DNA from: Stenomitos sp. | GTDB taxonomy: Bacteria > Cyanobacteriota > Cyanobacteriia > Cyanobacteriales > Coleofasciculaceae | Direction of reading: 5' to 3' | Length of the DNA stretch: 10,482 bases | Assembly (NCBI GenBank): GCA_036704025.1 | Contig: DATNQL010000706.1 | Span: 1-10,482, forward strand | Shown here: one piece after another, positions 6,968-10,482 of the stretch | Layout of the letters: every line of letters begins with the position of its first letter | Numbering within the stretch: position 1 is the first letter of the stretch | Made by a program: the position numbers and the translations under genes | Notes under the pieces: model-generated | The model's database searches: none | What the model was told of the DNA's origin: nothing | Seen by the model: the letters and a program-made list of their open reading frames with translations, nothing else

Positions 6968-7776
6968 GTCTGGTTATCCTCACACAATTCCTGCATAATA
7001 AAAGTTTGGAAAGCGGCTTACAAACAGCACCATTGGAGAGCTGACGGCCTCATGGTAAGTGGATGAGCATTGTTGGACTCATGGGAAAGCTTGATTAAGT
7101 GAACCAGTCATCAGGTTAAGCTGTTACGCATTTAATTTGTATACCTTCACACCCCACGCCCTACACCCCTTTCAAAAATTTTTATATCCAATTTAGATGC
7201 GCCGCAGCTTATTGCCTTAAAGGAGTAAGGCTTCAGTCATTTCCAGGGCGATGCCAGACACAGAGTCAGAATGGCAGGTGCACGGTGGCATTGAGAGAAT
7301 TCTTAGTACCGACAACAGGAATCTTTGTGATCGGTTGGCGGGACTTGGGCAATCACCTATCATAAAAGATTAAATACATTCAGGCTGATCGCCACGGCCT
7401 CTTGGCAGAAGCTGTGGTTCGGTTTCGGTTGCGAGTAGACACCGTTACTAAACACTTTTCGGAACGAGGAATTTTCACTCCTATCCCGCCGTCGATCCTG
7501 ATTTAGAGATGCACTTAATGTGTAAGCCTTGTGGAGATTAACGGCGGTGGCAAAGCCCAGTTCTACACCTACGTCTTACACAGATTAACACATCAAAAAA
7601 CACAAGTTAGTACGTCACTTCTACGATAACCGAATCTACCCGCCGTGTCAGCTCTGGCGATTGGTTGCATCAACCGAAGCAAGAGGGTTGAATCTTTAGA
7701 GACTCAATTCTATTGAAAAAGAGTAAAAGGCAAGAACGAACCACTGACCCAAACCAGAGCGATAAAATGGGATGTC

Positions 7777-9006
7777 TTGTTGTTTCGCACTGCTTCTATG
7801 ACTGGCATCTACCCTGCGCCAACTCACCTTGAGCGCCATCGGCAGCAATTTCCGGCTTTAGCCAATAAAGCCTATTTTAACTTTGGGGGTCAAGGTACAC
7901 TGCCTCAAGCTTCGCTGGATGCGATCCAAAATGTTTATGAATATATCCAGTTACATGGGCCATTCTGTGGAGGTGTGAATACCTGGATTACGGAAGAAAG
8001 CAACAAAACCCGATTAGCGATCGCTCAGGAATTAGGCGCACCTGTAGAATCGATCACACTCACGGAAGATGTGACGGTGGGTTGCAATATTCCCCTATGG
8101 GGGATTGACTGGCAAGCGGGCGACCACTTACTGCTGACGGATTGTGAGCACCCTGGTGTGATTGCGATCGCCCAAGAAATCGCCCGTCGGTTTAATATCG
8201 AAGTCTCCACCTGTCCCATCCAGGAAACCCTCAATCAGGGAGACCCCACAACCGTGATTGCACAGCACCTGAGACCCCGGACTCGATTGGTCGTACTGAG
8301 TCATCTGCTGTGGAATACGGGTCAAGTTTTACCGCTTCGAGAGATTGTGGATGCCTGCCGAAATTATGCTACCGGTTCTCATATCATTAGAGTTCTGGTT
8401 GATGCAGCGCAATCGGTGGGTTCTCTGCCTTTAAATTTAACTGAATTGGGGGCAGATTTTTATGCGTTTACAGGTCATAAATGGTGGTGTGGGCCAGAAG
8501 GGCTAGGGGGTCTTTACATTCGCCCTGATGCCTTGGACAGTATTCGCCCAACCTTCATCGGTTGGCGGGGAATTGTCAGTGATGAAACCGGTAAACCCTT
8601 AAGCTGGAAACCAAATGGACAGCGGTTTGAGGTGGCAACATCAGCTTACCCGTTGTATGCCGGATTACGTGCGGCGATCGCCACTCATCAGCAATGGGGA
8701 ACCGCTCAAGAACGGTACGAGCAAATTTGTCAAGGAAGTGAGTATCTTTGGCAACGTTTATCTCAGCTAGAATCTGTCCGTTGCTTATGTACTTCACCGC
8801 CCCAAGCGGGTCTGGTTTCGTTTGTATTAACGAATGGACGTTCTCACAAACAATTAGTTCAGTTTCTCGAACAAAAGGGGTTCATGCTCCGAACGATCCT
8901 CGACCCAGACTGCGTTCGTGCCTGTGTTCACTACTTCACTCTACGGGAAGAGATTGACCAGTTAGTTCAAGTGATTCAAGATTGGACATTAGGAATTGGC
9001 AATTGA
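7777..9006 (+). CDS. Class-V aminotransferase-fold PLP-dependent enzyme (cysteine desulfurase or isopenicillin-N-epimerase-like). Alternative start is Met8 at 7798.
   Basis: 409 aa. The PLP-lysine motif FTGHKWWCGPEGLGGLYIR aligns with SGHK..GPKG.G.LY.R of NifS/IscS/CsdA-type enzymes. The N-terminus, ...HLERHRQQFPAL...YFNFGGQGTLPQASLDAI, matches the usual start of these enzymes. Contains four HIP1 sites. Confidence 0.75.
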   Translation: MLFRTASMTGIYPAPTHLERHRQQFPALANKAYFNFGGQGTLPQASLDAIQNVYEYIQLHGPFCGGVNTWITEESNKTRLAIAQELGAPVESITLTEDVTVGCNIPLWGIDWQAGDHLLLTDCEHPGVIAIAQEIARRFNIEVSTCPIQETLNQGDPTTVIAQHLRPRTRLVVLSHLLWNTGQVLPLREIVDACRNYATGSHIIRVLVDAAQSVGSLPLNLTELGADFYAFTGHKWWCGPEGLGGLYIRPDALDSIRPTFIGWRGIVSDETGKPLSWKPNGQRFEVATSAYPLYAGLRAAIATHQQWGTAQERYEQICQGSEYLWQRLSQLESVRCLCTSPPQAGLVSFVLTNGRSHKQLVQFLEQKGFMLRTILDPDCVRACVHYFTLREEIDQLVQVIQDWTLGIGN

Positions 9007-9615
9007 TGAGGGGTTATTCATAATCAATTGATCGACCTGTTCAAGCAGAGCTTCTAGTGTGGAGGAATTATCCAGTACAACATCAGCACGAGCCATTTTT
9101 TCTTTTAGGGAAAGTTGGTTATTGATGCGGGCTTGGGCTTGTTCCAAGGAGAGGTGATCGCGTTCCATCATCCGTTGTAACTGTTGTTCAGGGGAACAAC
9201 AAACCACCCAAATTTCAGTGACCAAGTCCGTCATCTCGGCTTCAAATAATAACGGGATAACTAAAACAACGGTGGGAGCGATTACAGTATCAAGTTCTGA
9301 TTGGAAGCGATCGCGCACATAGGGATGGATTTGTTGTTCTAACCATTGCTTTTCATCGAGGTTATTGAAGATAATCTCACCCAAGCATTTGCGGTTGAGC
9401 GTACCATCGGGTAACTTGACAGCGACACCGTAGCGTTCAAAAATTTCGCTCAGGATGGGCGAACCGGGTTGCACGGCTTCTTTAGCATAAATATCGGCAT
9501 CTAAAATGGGGAGTTGATGGTGGTGTGCCAGATAATTCGAGATAGTGGTTTTTCCTGTACTAATGCCACCCGTTAAACCAATTCGGCGCTGCTGGGATGT
9601 TGGGAATTCCCTCAT
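8989..9615 (-). CDS. coaE: Dephospho-CoA kinase.
   Basis: 208 aa. MREFPTSQQRRIGLTGGISTGKTTISNYL (P-loop), ILDADIYAKEAVQPGSPILSEI and VVLVIPLLFEAEM are CoaE hallmarks. Its 3' end overlaps the convergent aminotransferase gene by 18 bp. Confidence 0.85.
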   Translation of the reverse strand: MREFPTSQQRRIGLTGGISTGKTTISNYLAHHHQLPILDADIYAKEAVQPGSPILSEIFERYGVAVKLPDGTLNRKCLGEIIFNNLDEKQWLEQQIHPYVRDRFQSELDTVIAPTVVLVIPLLFEAEMTDLVTEIWVVCCSPEQQLQRMMERDHLSLEQAQARINNQLSLKEKMARADVVLDNSSTLEALLEQVDQLIMNNPSSIANS

Positions 9616-9859
9616 TGTGATATTAGCTCTAAGAACACAATCGTGTTTTGCTCCTACTTTATCAAAATTTATTTAAGTACAACTTTGTGTAGGGGCACAA
9701 TAATATAACTGTTGCTATAAAGGTTAGGACAGATTTAATGGCTGAAATGACCACGTACCAGTAATAACCATCAAAGCCCTCTCCCTCCTCACACTTCGCT
9801 CCGGTGCCTTTTGCCTTCTGCTATATCGTTCCCTCTTTCCTTGTTGTGCATTTCCTCAT

Positions 9860-10482
9860 TCAATCGCTAGCCGTCTCCTTATCCTCACAAGAGGGGTATC
9901 CTAAGCCAGAACTCCCCGGCGTGACGGTGGATGCAGACGCTGTGAGAATCACCTGTCCATCTGAACCCATCACCCAACCCTGCGCTTCCACCAGTTGCTG
10001 GGGATGAGCCGCCGTAGGATTAGGATTGAGAGTTTCACGACTATGCATTTCGTCCCGGTCTTTGAGGGTAATCCAATCCACCAAAACGTCCTGATTCGTC
10101 AGGGGGTCATTAGGACTAGGGGGCAACCCACCACGCCCTGTAATGGTAAAGCTGCTTTTCTTTGCATTGCTACTCGGAGTACAACGACGGTCAATTAATT
10201 CTTCGGCATCAACCCAAGACGGTAAGGGGTTAACTCTTCGCTCAGAAAACGAACCACGGATAATAACAGCCCCACTGGTACCGGTTCGTGAGTCAGCAGA
10301 AATATCAACTCGATCATTGCCCCGAAACCCAGCAGAGACAGAGATATCGTTCCGCCCATTGCCCCGAAACCGAGTCAAGTCACCGGGGTTGCGACCGACG
10401 GGTACGGCTGCGCCACGAGAAAACAGGTCAGCTAAAAATGCCGAAGAGTTAATGGTGATATTGCCTCCCGGCCCAGCTTCTG
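9860..10482 (-). CDS. C-terminal ~207 aa of a large secreted filamentous-hemagglutinin-like (beta-helical) exoprotein. The 5' part lies beyond the window end.
   Basis: The frame is open from the window end down to the stop at 9860: EAGPGGNITINSSAFLADLFSRGAAVPVGRNPGDLTRFRGNGRNDISVSAGFRGNDRVDISADSRTGTSGAVIIRGSFSERRVNPLPSWVDAEELIDRRCTPSSNAKKSSFTITGRGGLPPSPNDPLTNQDVLVDWITL. The GGNITI repeats and the FTITGRGGLPPSPND / VDWITL tail resemble the C-termini of cyanobacterial filamentous-hemagglutinin-family proteins, as recalled from memory. The Met heading the track ORF (10378) is internal. Confidence 0.55.
   Translation of the reverse strand, partial: EAGPGGNITINSSAFLADLFSRGAAVPVGRNPGDLTRFRGNGRNDISVSAGFRGNDRVDISADSRTGTSGAVIIRGSFSERRVNPLPSWVDAEELIDRRCTPSSNAKKSSFTITGRGGLPPSPNDPLTNQDVLVDWITLKDRDEMHSRETLNPNPTAAHPQQLVEAQGWVMGSDGQVILTASASTVTPGSSGLGYPSCEDKETASD

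Noticed and set aside
8025-8957. Short ORFs on both strands inside the aminotransferase gene (8025..8234, 8128..8325, 8576..8797, 8748..8957).
   Set aside because: Shadow or out-of-frame ORFs within a gene carrying the PLP-lysine motif.
9804-10198. Plus-strand ORFs 9804..10007 and 9995..10198.
   Set aside because: Antisense to the open frame of the FHA-like exoprotein C-terminus; no motifs.

Overview
This is a cyanobacterial chromosomal segment. The HIP1 octamer GCGATCGC occurs about 8 times (2040, 4097, 6295, 8019, 8162, 8675, 9300 and others), GC is roughly 47-48%, and there are no introns. Gene order: (1) minus strand 1..2447, the N-terminal ~815 aa of a transmembrane methyl-accepting chemotaxis protein with periplasmic sensor, HAMP, GAF and MCP signalling domains, whose 3' end lies beyond the window start; (2) a 1.2-kb non-coding region with a 27-bp direct repeat and palindromic motifs; (3) plus strand 3722/3800..6478, a full-length homologue of the eukaryotic major vault protein (MVP), the shell protein of vault particles, colinear through its repeat, shoulder, cap-helix and cap-ring regions; (4) a 12-bp-stem hairpin between the convergent gene ends; (5) minus strand 6605..6967, a single-domain CheY/PilH-like response regulator; (6) an 800-bp non-coding gap; (7) plus strand 7777..9006, a class-V PLP aminotransferase/cysteine-desulfurase-like gene; (8) minus strand 8989..9615, dephospho-CoA kinase coaE, overlapping (7) convergently by 18 bp; (9) minus strand 9860..10482, the C-terminal part of a large filamentous-hemagglutinin-like exoprotein. 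The stand-out feature is the bacterial vault-protein gene, which sits in reverse orientation between a PilH/PixH-like regulator and a GAF-containing taxis receptor. No CRISPR arrays, tRNAs, rRNAs or transposases were seen.
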